The notes beneath the pieces are model-generated. The model made no database searches and was not told the DNA's origin. It saw nothing but the letters and a program-made list of their open reading frames with translations. From an uncultured Nitrospirota bacterium (GTDB taxonomy: Bacteria > Nitrospirota > Thermodesulfovibrionia > SZUA-242 > CAYYSS01): DNA of 35,769 nt. How positions within the stretch are numbered: position 1 is the stretch's first letter; every line of letters begins with the position of its first letter. Position numbers and translations under genes: made by a program. The stretch covers positions 1 to 35,769 of the forward strand of contig CAYYSS010000001.1 in the NCBI GenBank assembly GCA_964474325.1, read 5' to 3'. This document shows, one piece after another, positions 26,800-35,769 of this stretch.

Positions 26800-28217
26800 T
26801 GGAGATGCGCGTGGCTGTAGACGATAAACGGGTTCCGAACGGGCGCATGGACTGGGAAGACCGGTTGGTGGTGGTGGTAGGGGCCGCCCGAAGCGGCATG
26901 GGGGCGGCCCGGCTTTTGAGCCGGGCGGGTGCCCGCGTCGTACTCAACGACCGGGCGGAAAAGTCCTCTCCGGAACTGGAGGCCCTGGTACAGGAGGGAG
27001 TGACGTGTGTTTTCGGATCCCACCCCGAGGAGATCTTCACCGAGGCCGATCTGGTGCTCCTGAGCCCGGGGATCCCCGTCGGCAACCTGCCCCCGGCGGC
27101 CCGCCGTCGTCCCCTGCTCGGGGAACTCGAGGTGGCGGCCCGTTTTCTCACCGCTCCGGTGGTGGGGGTTACCGGTACGAACGGCAAGTCCACGGTGACG
27201 AGCCTGATTTACGAAATGCTCAGGGCGACGGGCCGCGACGTCCTCGTTGCGGGAAACGTGGGCTATTCCCTGGCGGACGCACTCTGGTCCCGTGGCTTCG
27301 GCCGGCGGGGGCAGGGGCGTCAGCCGGACGTGGCCGTTCTGGAGATATCCAGTTTTCAACTCGAAGCCACCGAAACGTTGCGCCCCGCCGTATCGGTGGT
27401 TCTGAACGTCGCACCCGACCATATGGACCGCTACGAATCGTTCGACTCCTACCGCATGGCCAAAGAACGGATCTTCAGGAATCAGTGGGGCGACGACATT
27501 ACCGTACTCAATGCCGACGACCCCCTCGTCCGCGCCATGGCGGACCGGACCGCCGGAAGGGTCCTGTGGTTCGGTCGTCACGAGCGTCCCGGACCCGGCG
27601 TCTTTGTGGACGACGAGGGCCGCATCACCTATTTCGGCACGTCGACGGTGCCCGTCGTCGATCGGGAAGCCTTGAAGATCAACGGCGTGCATAATCTCGA
27701 AAACGCCCTTGCCGCCACGGCCGCGGCGATTGCATGCGGCGTGGACGCCCGGCAGGTCGCGGGTGTCCTCCGGACCTTCCCCGGACTTCCCCATCGCATG
27801 GAGACCGTGGGCGAGTACCGGGGGGTCCGATACGTAAACGATTCCAAGGGAACGAACGTGGCGGCCGTTCTGCGGTCGCTGGAAAGTTTCAGCGGTACCG
27901 TACACCTTATCGCCGGGGGACGGGACAAGGACGGTGACTTCCGCCCCCTTGCCCCCCTTGTGGGTTCCTCGGTTAAGACTCTTCTTTTGATCGGCGAAGC
28001 GGCGCGACGGATTGACGAACAGATCGGTTCCCGCGCCGGCCGGGTTATCCATGCCCCCGGCCTGGCCGACGCGGTCCGCCGTGCCGCCGAACTGGCGGAA
28101 CCGGGTGATACGGTCCTTCTTTCGCCCGGGTGTGCCAGTTTCGACCAGTTCAGGGATTTCGAACACCGGGGAGACGAATTCCGGGACCTCGTTGCGGGGT
28201 TGGGCGATGCAGACTGA
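26796..28217 (+). CDS. murD: UDP-N-acetylmuramoylalanine--D-glutamate ligase
   Basis: This is the C-terminal 473 codons of track ORF 25728..28217. The upstream part of that ORF is an alternative frame of mraY. ATG 26796 overlaps the mraY stop. The Rossmann motif is VVVGAARSGMGAA, followed by GVTGTNGKSTV and NDSKGTN. ATG 26847 is an alternative start. Confidence 0.9.
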   Translation: MMEMRVAVDDKRVPNGRMDWEDRLVVVVGAARSGMGAARLLSRAGARVVLNDRAEKSSPELEALVQEGVTCVFGSHPEEIFTEADLVLLSPGIPVGNLPPAARRRPLLGELEVAARFLTAPVVGVTGTNGKSTVTSLIYEMLRATGRDVLVAGNVGYSLADALWSRGFGRRGQGRQPDVAVLEISSFQLEATETLRPAVSVVLNVAPDHMDRYESFDSYRMAKERIFRNQWGDDITVLNADDPLVRAMADRTAGRVLWFGRHERPGPGVFVDDEGRITYFGTSTVPVVDREALKINGVHNLENALAATAAAIACGVDARQVAGVLRTFPGLPHRMETVGEYRGVRYVNDSKGTNVAAVLRSLESFSGTVHLIAGGRDKDGDFRPLAPLVGSSVKTLLLIGEAARRIDEQIGSRAGRVIHAPGLADAVRRAAELAEPGDTVLLSPGCASFDQFRDFEHRGDEFRDLVAGLGDAD

Positions 28218-29400
28218 GCGTAAGAGCGATCGCACCCTGGCGGTGATCGCCCTGAGTCTTACGGCCCTGGGTGCGATCATGGTGTACAGTTCCACCGCGG
28301 TGTCGTCCATGGCGACGAGCGGGGTCGATTACAGCGTACTTCGGCGGCACATGGTCACCCTCGCGGTGGGTCTGGTCTCTCTCGTGGTCTGTTCGGCGGT
28401 GGACTATAGGATCTTTCAGCGGATCGCCGTGCCGCTTCTTGCGGTATCGGCCGTGGTACTTGCACTCGTATTCGTACCGGGCATCGGGGCGAAGATCAAC
28501 GGGTCCCGTCGCTGGTTGCGGTTCGGGGTGTTTTCGTTTCAGCCTTCGGAACTGATCAAATTCGCGCTCATCGTTTTTCTGGCCCGTTACCTGAGCACTC
28601 CGCCGAACTCGCCCCACCGCTCCTCGGTGGCCGCACTTCGGGAGAAGATCGAAGACCCCGTCCGCGGGGTTCTGGTTCCACTGGCCGTGGTGGGGGTGTT
28701 CCAGGGGGTACTGCTGCTGCAGCCGGATTTCGGCTCGGTGGTCATCCTGGGGCTGCTGGCCGTTGGAATGCTCTACGGTTCAGGTGCGCGGCCGCGGCAC
28801 CTCCTCGCACTCCTGCCCCTGGCCGTATTAGCCGTCGGCGTCCTGCTCCGGGAGCCCTATCGGATGCGCCGGATCATCGCCTTTACAAACCCGTGGAAAT
28901 ATGCCGACCGGGAGGGGTACCAGCTTATTCAGTCGCTGCTTTCCTTCGGTTCGGGAGGCTGGACGGGCGTGGGTGTGGGCGAAGGGAGCCAGAAACTCTA
29001 CTTCCTGCCCGAGCCCCATACGGATTTCATTTTCTCCATGGTAGGCGAGGAATTGGGGTTCTTCGGGGCCGTGACGGTGGTCGCCCTCTTTGCATGGTTC
29101 CTCGTCCGGGGGATGCGCATCGCCCGGGGGGCGCCGGACCGTTTCGGCGAGATTCTTGCCATGGGTCTTACCGTGGGTATCGCGCTCCAGGCTTTTCTCA
29201 ACTGCGCCGTGGCCACGGGGATGGCCCCCACGAAAGGTCTCCCCTTACCGTTTATCAGTTACGGCGGTTCCTGCATGGTCGTGAGTCTCGCTTCCGTCGG
29301 CGTGCTGATGAACATCTCGAAAAGCTCGCTCAAGCGCATACCCGTGGCCGGGGTTCGGCGTCCCGCCCTCCGGCGGCCCGTACCCGAGGGGAGGATATGA
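28207..29400 (+). CDS. ftsW: Peptidoglycan glycosyltransferase FtsW (SEDS family)
   Basis: ATG 28207 (MQTERKSDRTLAVIALSL) overlaps the end of murD. The polytopic product contains FQPSELIKFALIVFLARYL, HTDFIFSMVGEELGF and GLPLPFISYGGS. Confidence 0.9.
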   Translation: MQTERKSDRTLAVIALSLTALGAIMVYSSTAVSSMATSGVDYSVLRRHMVTLAVGLVSLVVCSAVDYRIFQRIAVPLLAVSAVVLALVFVPGIGAKINGSRRWLRFGVFSFQPSELIKFALIVFLARYLSTPPNSPHRSSVAALREKIEDPVRGVLVPLAVVGVFQGVLLLQPDFGSVVILGLLAVGMLYGSGARPRHLLALLPLAVLAVGVLLREPYRMRRIIAFTNPWKYADREGYQLIQSLLSFGSGGWTGVGVGEGSQKLYFLPEPHTDFIFSMVGEELGFFGAVTVVALFAWFLVRGMRIARGAPDRFGEILAMGLTVGIALQAFLNCAVATGMAPTKGLPLPFISYGGSCMVVSLASVGVLMNISKSSLKRIPVAGVRRPALRRPVPEGRI

Positions 29401-30509
29401 GAGTGCTGATCGCAGGGGGCGGAACCGGGGGACATGTCTACCCGGGGCTCGCCGTGGCCGGCTGGCTCAAAGAGCAGGCCGGTAACAACGAGATCCTGTT
29501 TGTGGGGACGACAAGAGGCATCGAGGAAAGTGTTGTGCCCCGGGAAGGATTTGCGCTGAAATTCATCCAGGCCGAAGGCCTCGTGGGCCGGGGCCTGTTT
29601 TCGACTCTCCGGTCCCTTTTCAAGATCCCCTGCGCGATCAGGGACTCGCTTCAAATCCTGGACGATTTCGCGCCGGACGTGGTCTTCGGTGTGGGCGGCT
29701 ATGCCTCGGGTCCCATGGTGTTTGCGGCCTGGATGCGGGGATTTCCCACGCGTATTCACGAACAGAATTCCGTTCCCGGACTTACGAACCGGGTTCTCGG
29801 GCGTTTCGTCGACGCCGTCGCCATCACGTATAACGAGACGAAGAAATACTTCAAGAACGCCAAGACGTTTACCACCGGAAACCCGATTCGGAGTGAGATG
29901 GCGGCCTTGTCACGGGCCGAGGCGGTGGAGCGGATCGGGCTCGATCCCGCCAGGTTTACGATCCTGATCTTCGGCGGGAGCCGCGGGGCCAGATCAATCA
30001 ACCGGGCCATGACCGCGGCCCTTCCCCTGCTCCGTGACCGGGAGGGAAAACTGCAGATCATACACCAGACCGGGGCCGGAGACCACCAGGAGGTCCTCGC
30101 CGTCTACCGGGGACAACAGGGACTGACCGGCGTCACCGTCCCGTATCTTCACGACATGGCGGTCGCGTATGCCGCGGCGGATCTGGTGATTTCCCGCGCC
30201 GGCGCGTCGACCCTGGCTGAGATCAGCGTCTGCGGCAAGCCCTCGATTCTGGTGCCCTATCCCCACGCAGCGCGGAATCACCAGGAAATGAATGCCCGGA
30301 AACTGCTCGACCTCGGGGCCTGCCGGATGATCCTTGACGAGGACCTGGACGGAGAGGTCCTGGCGGAACAGATAACGGAACTCATGGACGACCCGGAGGC
30401 ACTGGAAGAAATGGGCCGGGCGAGCAGAACCCTGGGACGCCCGGATGCGGCGACCCGGCTCGGCGAACTCATCGGGGAACTGGCCCGTGCGGGCGGAGAG
30501 ATTCCATGA
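29397..30509 (+). CDS. murG: UDP-N-acetylglucosamine--N-acetylmuramyl-(pentapeptide) pyrophosphoryl-undecaprenol GlcNAc transferase
   Basis: There is an ATGA overlap with ftsW. The product starts MRVLIAGGGTGGHVYPGLAV and contains IHEQNSVPG and SRAGASTLAEI. The track ORF from 28893 is a 5' over-extension. Confidence 0.93.
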   Translation: MRVLIAGGGTGGHVYPGLAVAGWLKEQAGNNEILFVGTTRGIEESVVPREGFALKFIQAEGLVGRGLFSTLRSLFKIPCAIRDSLQILDDFAPDVVFGVGGYASGPMVFAAWMRGFPTRIHEQNSVPGLTNRVLGRFVDAVAITYNETKKYFKNAKTFTTGNPIRSEMAALSRAEAVERIGLDPARFTILIFGGSRGARSINRAMTAALPLLRDREGKLQIIHQTGAGDHQEVLAVYRGQQGLTGVTVPYLHDMAVAYAAADLVISRAGASTLAEISVCGKPSILVPYPHAARNHQEMNARKLLDLGACRMILDEDLDGEVLAEQITELMDDPEALEEMGRASRTLGRPDAATRLGELIGELARAGGEIP

Positions 30510-31891
30510 CTCGATTTCGGGGTATACGGCGGGTTCATTTCGTCGGCATCGGAGGTGTGGGTATGAGCGGTATCGCGGAGGTACTCCATACGATCGGTTA
30601 CGAGGTCTCGGGGTCGGATCAGAAGGACTCGGAGACCTGTCGCCGCTTGCGAGGCCTGGGGGTGCAGGTAAGTACGGGCCACGGGGCCGAGCGGACGCGG
30701 GGTGCGGACGTGGTTGTGGTCTCGTCGGCGGTTTCCGAGGACAACCCCGAGGTTCGGGAAGCGGTGCGGGCCGGTATCCCCGTCATACCCCGGGCAGAGA
30801 TGCTGGCGGAGCTTATGCGACTTAAACAGGGTATCGCCGTCGCCGGTTCCCACGGTAAGACCACCGTGACGTCTCTCGTGTCGGCCGTGGTCGCCGACGA
30901 GGACCCCACGGTGGTAATCGGCGGCCGACTCCGGAGTCTGGGGACCAACGCCCGCCTTGGTCAGGGCGAACTCCTCGTGGCCGAGGCCGACGAGAGCGAC
31001 GGCTCGTTTCTCCTGCTTTCGCCCATGGTATCGGTGGTCACGAATATCGACCGGGAGCATCTCGATCACTACGGTACCGAAGAGGAGCTGAAGGCCGCCT
31101 TCCTCACGTTTATGAACACGGTTCCCTTTTACGGGGTGACCGTACTGTGCAAGGACGACCAGCGCATCCGGGATCTTCTGCCCCGGGTACACCGCCGTTC
31201 GATAACCTACGGGATCTCGGCCGACGCCGATCTCACGGCCCGTGACATCCGGCAGTCCCGCGGCTCGTCCACGTTCAAGGCGGTACTCCGGGGAACCGTT
31301 CTCGGCCGTTTCGAGGTCCCCCTGCCGGGGATCCACAACGTCCTGAACGCCCTTGCGGCCCTTGCCGTGGGCCTTGAGTTCAACAAGACCCCGGAAGACG
31401 TAGCACAGCGGCTGGCCGCTTTCGAAGGGATCGGGCGGCGCTTTGAGTTCAAGGGATCGGCCGGCGGCGTGAGGATCTACGACGACTACGGTCACCATCC
31501 GAGTGAGATCCGGGCAACGCTGTCCGCGGCCCGACCCGTTGCCGACGGGGGGCGTCTCCTGGTCTTGTTTCAGCCCCACCGCTACACCCGCACGCGGGAC
31601 CTGCTCACGGAGTTCTATACGGCCTTCCGGGATGCCGACCGGGTCTATCTGATGGATATCTACGCCGCCGGGGAAGACCCTATCGAAGGGATCGACGCGG
31701 GGCTCCTCGCCCACGGTATCCGTGCAACCGGGGGAGCCGACGTGGTCTATCTGCGGGACCGGGACGCCCTCGTGTCCGAGGTCCTGGGCGATATGCGGGA
31801 CGGTGACCTGGTCCTCACCCTGGGAGCCGGGGACGTCTACCGCGTGGGCGAGGAACTCCTCGCCAGGGCACGGGAGAAACGGGGATCGTGA
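30506..31891 (+). CDS. murC: UDP-N-acetylmuramate--L-alanine ligase
   Basis: There is an ATGA overlap with murG. Motifs HFVGIGGVGMSGIAEVL, AGSHGKTTVTS and DDYGHHPSEI are present. Confidence 0.93.
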   Translation: MTRFRGIRRVHFVGIGGVGMSGIAEVLHTIGYEVSGSDQKDSETCRRLRGLGVQVSTGHGAERTRGADVVVVSSAVSEDNPEVREAVRAGIPVIPRAEMLAELMRLKQGIAVAGSHGKTTVTSLVSAVVADEDPTVVIGGRLRSLGTNARLGQGELLVAEADESDGSFLLLSPMVSVVTNIDREHLDHYGTEEELKAAFLTFMNTVPFYGVTVLCKDDQRIRDLLPRVHRRSITYGISADADLTARDIRQSRGSSTFKAVLRGTVLGRFEVPLPGIHNVLNALAALAVGLEFNKTPEDVAQRLAAFEGIGRRFEFKGSAGGVRIYDDYGHHPSEIRATLSAARPVADGGRLLVLFQPHRYTRTRDLLTEFYTAFRDADRVYLMDIYAAGEDPIEGIDAGLLAHGIRATGGADVVYLRDRDALVSEVLGDMRDGDLVLTLGAGDVYRVGEELLARAREKRGS

Positions 31892-32826
31892 TGGATAGCG
31901 CCCAGCGAGACGCCTGGACCTCCCGCCTGGAGCCGCACATGTTCCAGGGGGCCATACGTTTCGACGAGCCCATGGCGGAGCACACAACCTTGGGAATCGG
32001 AGGCCCGGCGGACGTCTGGGTCGAACCTCTCGACCCGGTCTCCTGCCGTAACGCCATCGTTGCCGCGGGCGAATTGGACGCGCCGATTACGATTATCGGC
32101 GGAGGGAGCAACCTGCTGGTGCGGGACGGGGGTATCCGGGGACTCGTACTTTCGATGAACGGTTTTCGGGAGATACAGCGTATACGGGAAGGCGACGGGT
32201 TCGTCGAGTATTTCGTCGAAAGCGGGGCGGGACTCGGCCGCCTGGTTTCCACGGCGGTCAACGAGGGGTACGCGGGGCTTGAGGGACTGGCCGGAATCCC
32301 GGGGACCTTCGGCGGGGCCGTGCGCATGAACGCCGGTTCCTACGGCCACACGATCTCGGAAGTGCTCGTATCCGTGGCCGTCATGGACCCGGCGGGAATG
32401 CTCAGCCGGGTGGAGGCCCGGGATATCGAATTCGGCTACCGGCAGACGAGTATCCCCGCGGGGCATGTGATCCTGAGTGCGAATCTGCGATTGACAACCG
32501 ATGACCCGGCCGCCGTGCGTCGGCGGACCGCCGAGAACATGGAACGGAAGCGCGGGGACCAGCCCCTGGAGAAACGATCGGCCGGTTCGGTCTTCTGCAA
32601 TCCCCCCGGCGGTTCCGCATGGCGGTTGATCGACGAGGCCGGTATGCGGGACGCCCGCGAGGGCGGCGTGCGGGTAAGCGAACAGCACGCCAATTTCTTC
32701 GTCAACGAAGGCGGCGGCACCGGCGGGGACTTTCTCCGTCTGGTGGAGCGGGTCCGGCGAAGGGTGAAGGAACAGTGCGGGACGGATCTCCGGATGGAGA
32801 TCGCCGTGGTAGGGGAGGATCCATGA
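31888..32826 (+). CDS. murB: UDP-N-acetylenolpyruvoylglucosamine reductase
   Basis: The FAD-binding region has TLGIGGPADVWV and IGGGSNLLV. The catalytic region has SAGSVFCNPPG. The start is either GTG 31888 or ATG 31891 (TGATG with the murC stop). Confidence 0.9.
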   Translation: MMDSAQRDAWTSRLEPHMFQGAIRFDEPMAEHTTLGIGGPADVWVEPLDPVSCRNAIVAAGELDAPITIIGGGSNLLVRDGGIRGLVLSMNGFREIQRIREGDGFVEYFVESGAGLGRLVSTAVNEGYAGLEGLAGIPGTFGGAVRMNAGSYGHTISEVLVSVAVMDPAGMLSRVEARDIEFGYRQTSIPAGHVILSANLRLTTDDPAAVRRRTAENMERKRGDQPLEKRSAGSVFCNPPGGSAWRLIDEAGMRDAREGGVRVSEQHANFFVNEGGGTGGDFLRLVERVRRRVKEQCGTDLRMEIAVVGEDP

Positions 32827-32860
32827 AAAATCCGGGACTGTTCCGGGGAGGTGCATCGGT

Positions 32861-33763
32861 ATGACGGCCATGGGTACGGTGGGCGTTCTGCTCGGCGGGG
32901 TCTCCGCGGAGCGCGAGGTTTCCCTGGCGTCGGGCCGGGCCGTCGCGGCGGCCCTCCGACGGCGGGGCCACTGTGTTGTGGAGATCGACGCGGGTCCGGA
33001 TCTGGCGGAGATCCTCGGGCGAAAAGGAATGGATGCGGCGTTTCTCGCCCTCCACGGCGGATGGGGGGAAAACGGCGGTGTTCAGGGGCTCCTGGAGGTC
33101 ATTGGCCTGCCGTACACGGGCTCGGGTGTCCTCGCCTCGGCCCTGGCCATGGATAAGGTTATCGCACGCACGATCTTCAGCTCCGTGGAGCTGGCCGTTT
33201 CCCCGGCCGTGGTCTACAGCGGCGGGGTCGTGGACACGTTGCCCCCGTTCGATCCCCCGTGGGTTGTAAAACCCGCTGCCGAAGGCTCGAGTATCGGTGT
33301 CCGTATCGTCCGGGACCCCGAAGAACTGCCGACCGCGGTTACAGCCGCCGACGGCGACGGCGGTACGGTACTCGTCGAGGAATTCATTGCCGGGGTCGAA
33401 ATTCAGGTCGGTATTCTCGACGACCGGGTTCTCGGGTCGGTCGAAGTGAGACCCCATGGCGAGTTCTACGATTTCAAGGCGAAGTACACCCCCGGTATGA
33501 CCGACTATATTCTGCCCCCCCAGGTGGATGCCGCGGTGCTCGAGCGCTGTCACGAGGCGGGGCTTCTGGCCCATCGGGCACTTGGATGCCGCGGCGTGAG
33601 CCGGGTGGATCTCCGGGTGCCCGCCGACGGCATCCCCCGGGTTCTTGAAGTAAACACCCTTCCGGGCATGACCGAGACGAGCCTTCTGCCGAAGATCGCG
33701 GCCTATGCCGGGATCACCTTCGATGCACTCGTGGAGAGTATTCTTGCGACGGCGCGGACCTAA
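32861..33763 (+). CDS. ddl: D-alanine--D-alanine ligase
   Basis: The SD GGGGAGG lies 8 nt upstream. Motifs GGVSAEREVSLASG, HGGWGENGGVQGLLE, VKPAAEGSSIGV (ATP-grasp) and EVNTLPGMT are present. Confidence 0.92.
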   Translation: MTAMGTVGVLLGGVSAEREVSLASGRAVAAALRRRGHCVVEIDAGPDLAEILGRKGMDAAFLALHGGWGENGGVQGLLEVIGLPYTGSGVLASALAMDKVIARTIFSSVELAVSPAVVYSGGVVDTLPPFDPPWVVKPAAEGSSIGVRIVRDPEELPTAVTAADGDGGTVLVEEFIAGVEIQVGILDDRVLGSVEVRPHGEFYDFKAKYTPGMTDYILPPQVDAAVLERCHEAGLLAHRALGCRGVSRVDLRVPADGIPRVLEVNTLPGMTETSLLPKIAAYAGITFDALVESILATART

Positions 33764-34544
33764 GAAGACGGACGGAGACCGTAAACGCGGCCCGGCGGTA
33801 AAGCCCGGCCGGGTCCGCACGGGCGTCCGGCAGATCACCGTCCTGGTCGTTCTCACGGCCGTAGGCGCCGGTGCGGGTGCCGGGTGGCTGTGGCTTACCG
33901 CACCGGAGCGTTTCCGCCTGGAGACCGTGCGCGTTACCGGTAGCCGGCGGCTCGACGAGGCACACGTCCGGCGCTACCTGGGACTCGGCCGGGAAAATCT
34001 CCTGACCCTGGACCTCGCCGGGGTTGAACAACACCTCCTGCGGTCGCCCTGGATACGGTCGGTCCGGCTGAAGAAAAACCTGCCGACGCGCACCCTGCTT
34101 GTCGCCATGGAAGAAAAAACCCCCTTCGCCCTCCTTGAACGTTCGGATGGTTTTCTCCTTCTCGATCAGGACGGCCGGGGGATCGAACCGATCGGCAAGG
34201 GCCAGATTCCGTTTCTCCCGGTGGTGCGGGGTCTGAAAAAGGCCACGTCCGTGGACCATGAGACCCTGGCGCTCCTCAGGGCACTGAAGGAGAGTCGTTT
34301 CGGTCGGGGCCGGGAGATGATCGAGGTGCGCCGCCACAGTGACTACGGCCTGGTGGTGACGGTCGACGGGGTCGAGGCCCGTCTGGGCCACGGGGATTAC
34401 CCGGCCAAGCTCCGTCGCTGGGCCACGGTGGACGGTAGTGTGCGGGGGATGGGTATGGTGGTTGATTACGTGGACGTGCGGTTTGAAAACCGGGTCGTGG
34501 TACGTAAGGTGAAAGGAGCGGGCAAGAATGGCAAGGCGTCCTGA
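33705..34544 (+). CDS. ftsQ: Cell division protein FtsQ
   Basis: It has a basic N-terminus, one TM segment (ITVLVVLTAVGAGAGAGWLWL) and a POTRA-like segment (VRVTGSRRLDEAHVRRYLGL...). The start is uncertain: the only in-frame ATG/GTG/TTG codons before the TM segment are 33705, 33723 and 33744. All three lie inside ddl, so the overlap is at least 20 nt. Confidence 0.8.
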   Translation: MPGSPSMHSWRVFLRRRGPKKTDGDRKRGPAVKPGRVRTGVRQITVLVVLTAVGAGAGAGWLWLTAPERFRLETVRVTGSRRLDEAHVRRYLGLGRENLLTLDLAGVEQHLLRSPWIRSVRLKKNLPTRTLLVAMEEKTPFALLERSDGFLLLDQDGRGIEPIGKGQIPFLPVVRGLKKATSVDHETLALLRALKESRFGRGREMIEVRRHSDYGLVVTVDGVEARLGHGDYPAKLRRWATVDGSVRGMGMVVDYVDVRFENRVVVRKVKGAGKNGKAS

Positions 34545-35769
34545 AATCGTCGTCGGTCTCGACGTGGGCACGACGAAGATCTGCGCCATCGTGGGCGAGA
34601 TCAAAGGCCCCCGTGAGATCGAGATCATCGGGATAGGAACCAATCCCTCCCGGGGGCTCAGGAAGGGTATCGTCGTCAATATCGATCATACGGTGGACTC
34701 GATCACCCGTGCGGTCAAAGGGGCCGAACTCATGGCGGGGACGGATATCCGCTCGGTCTTCGTGGGTATTGCCGGGGGCCACATCAAGGGGTTTAACGAG
34801 CGGGGCGTGATTGCGGTTAAAGACCAGGAGATCACCGCGGGGGATGTGGAGCGGGTCATCGATACTGCCAAGGCCGTCTCTATCCCTCTGGACCGGGAGA
34901 TCCTCCACGTTATTCCCATGGAGTACAGCATCGACGGTGAGGATGGAATCCGGGACCCCCGGGGCATGAGCGGCGTGAGGCTCGAAGCGGAGGTCCACAT
35001 CGTGACCGGCGCGGTCACCGCGGTACAGAACCTGGTGAAATGCTGTGAGAAGGCCGGGCTCGAAGTGGCGGATATCGTGCTGGAGCCCATCGCCTCGGCC
35101 GAGGCGACCCTCACGGACGACGAAAAGGATCTGGGCGTGGGGCTTATCGATATCGGCGGCGGTACGACCGATATCGCGCTGTTTCACGAGGGGAGCATTT
35201 CCCATTCCGCGGTGATCGCCATCGGCGGAAACCACTTTACCCGGGACCTGGCAACCGGGCTCAGAGCGCCCGCGCCGGAAGCGGAGAAGATCAAACACCA
35301 GTTCGGCTCGGTCTTGATCAACAGCGTCGCGCCGGAGGAGATGGTGACTGTTCGGGGTATCTCGGGCAAAGGGGGCAAAGAGATCCCCCGGCGCTACCTG
35401 GCCGAGATTCTCCAGCCCCGGGCCGAAGAACTTCTCGATCTCGTTGAGCAGCAGATCGCATCGCCTACGCGGCCGGAGTCGACGCTCGCCGGTCTCGTCT
35501 TTTCCGGGGGCGCCACCCTGCTTCAGGGGATGCACGAACTGGCGGAACAGCGTCTGGGGCTTCCTATCCGGCCCGGGGTCCCGAAGGAGGGGATTACCGG
35601 ACTGACCGATATTGTGAACACACCCATGCACGCAACAGGCGTGGGCCTGGTTCTCTACGGCGCGGGTCAGTTTACCGGCGAAGGACAGGACACGGCAATC
35701 TTTCGAAACGGCAATCTCTTCCACCGCATCCTGGACAGGATGCGGACCTGGATGGAAGGGCTTGTGAGG
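34528..35769 (+). CDS. ftsA: Cell division protein FtsA (414 codons in the window; the stop lies beyond the 3' edge)
   Basis: This gene is not in the supplied ORF track. ATG 34528 overlaps the end of ftsQ. My hand translation gives MARRPEIVVGLDVGTTKICAIVGE, GLIDIGGGTTDIALF and VFSGGATLLQG. It ends in the amphipathic ...FHRILDRMRTWMEGLVR, typical of the FtsA membrane-targeting tail, so the gene is nearly complete. Confidence 0.9.
   Translation, partial: MARRPEIVVGLDVGTTKICAIVGEIKGPREIEIIGIGTNPSRGLRKGIVVNIDHTVDSITRAVKGAELMAGTDIRSVFVGIAGGHIKGFNERGVIAVKDQEITAGDVERVIDTAKAVSIPLDREILHVIPMEYSIDGEDGIRDPRGMSGVRLEAEVHIVTGAVTAVQNLVKCCEKAGLEVADIVLEPIASAEATLTDDEKDLGVGLIDIGGGTTDIALFHEGSISHSAVIAIGGNHFTRDLATGLRAPAPEAEKIKHQFGSVLINSVAPEEMVTVRGISGKGGKEIPRRYLAEILQPRAEELLDLVEQQIASPTRPESTLAGLVFSGGATLLQGMHELAEQRLGLPIRPGVPKEGITGLTDIVNTPMHATGVGLVLYGAGQFTGEGQDTAIFRNGNLFHRILDRMRTWMEGLVR

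Noticed and set aside
25728-28217. Apparent giant or fused plus-strand ORFs: 25728..28217 (829 aa), 9635..10603, 28893..30509, 3483..4409, 28012..29400, 22786..24390 and 19736..20809.
   Set aside because: Only the 3' portion of each matches a known protein (murD, nuoK, murG, nuoE, ftsW, murE and rsmH). The 5' portions are out-of-frame read-throughs of the preceding gene with no homology signal. Proper starts occur at ATGA/TGATG junctions. These are not gene fusions.
1-35769. A search for mobile elements, CRISPR arrays, tRNA or rRNA genes, toxin-antitoxin or defence-type gene pairs, and composition islands.
   Set aside because: All coding capacity is accounted for by uvrA, nuo, the two-component module and dcw genes. 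Total intergenic space is about 650 nt and holds no tRNA-like cloverleaf, spaced repeat array or terminal inverted repeats. The only AT-rich patches coincide with the two predicted promoters.

Overview
This is a GC-rich bacterial chromosomal segment. Every gene I can support lies on the + strand, and only about 650 nt are non-coding. The gene order is as follows. (1) The 3' part of uvrA (1-1124). (2) A complete 14-gene respiratory complex I operon, nuoABCDEFGHIJKLMN (1279-15515), with nuoC and nuoD unfused and the NADH module nuoEFG present. (3) A three-gene signalling module (15615-19077): a membrane histidine kinase with heme-c-type Cys/His motifs in its periplasmic loop, a stand-alone receiver, and an NtrC-class sigma54 enhancer-binding protein. 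(4) A canonical dcw cell-wall/division cluster, mraZ-rsmH-ftsL-ftsI-murE-murF-mraY-murD-ftsW-murG-murC-murB-ddl-ftsQ-ftsA (19368 to the window end). ftsA runs off the 3' edge and is absent from the supplied ORF track, as is the open 5' part of uvrA. Many junctions are ATGA/TGATG overlaps, which suggests translational coupling. Several track ORFs are over-extended at the 5' end or fused across neighbouring genes, because stop codons are rare in this GC-rich DNA. I saw no rRNA, tRNA, CRISPR array, transposase, integrase or phage signal. My assessment is that this is a core housekeeping region, and I do not find a convincing novel multi-gene system. The items most worth a second look are the kinase with CXXCH/CX4CH motifs, its receiver that looks duplicated from the EBP, the unknown target of that sigma54 activator, and small cis-elements in the uvrA-nuoA and EBP-mraZ intergenic regions.
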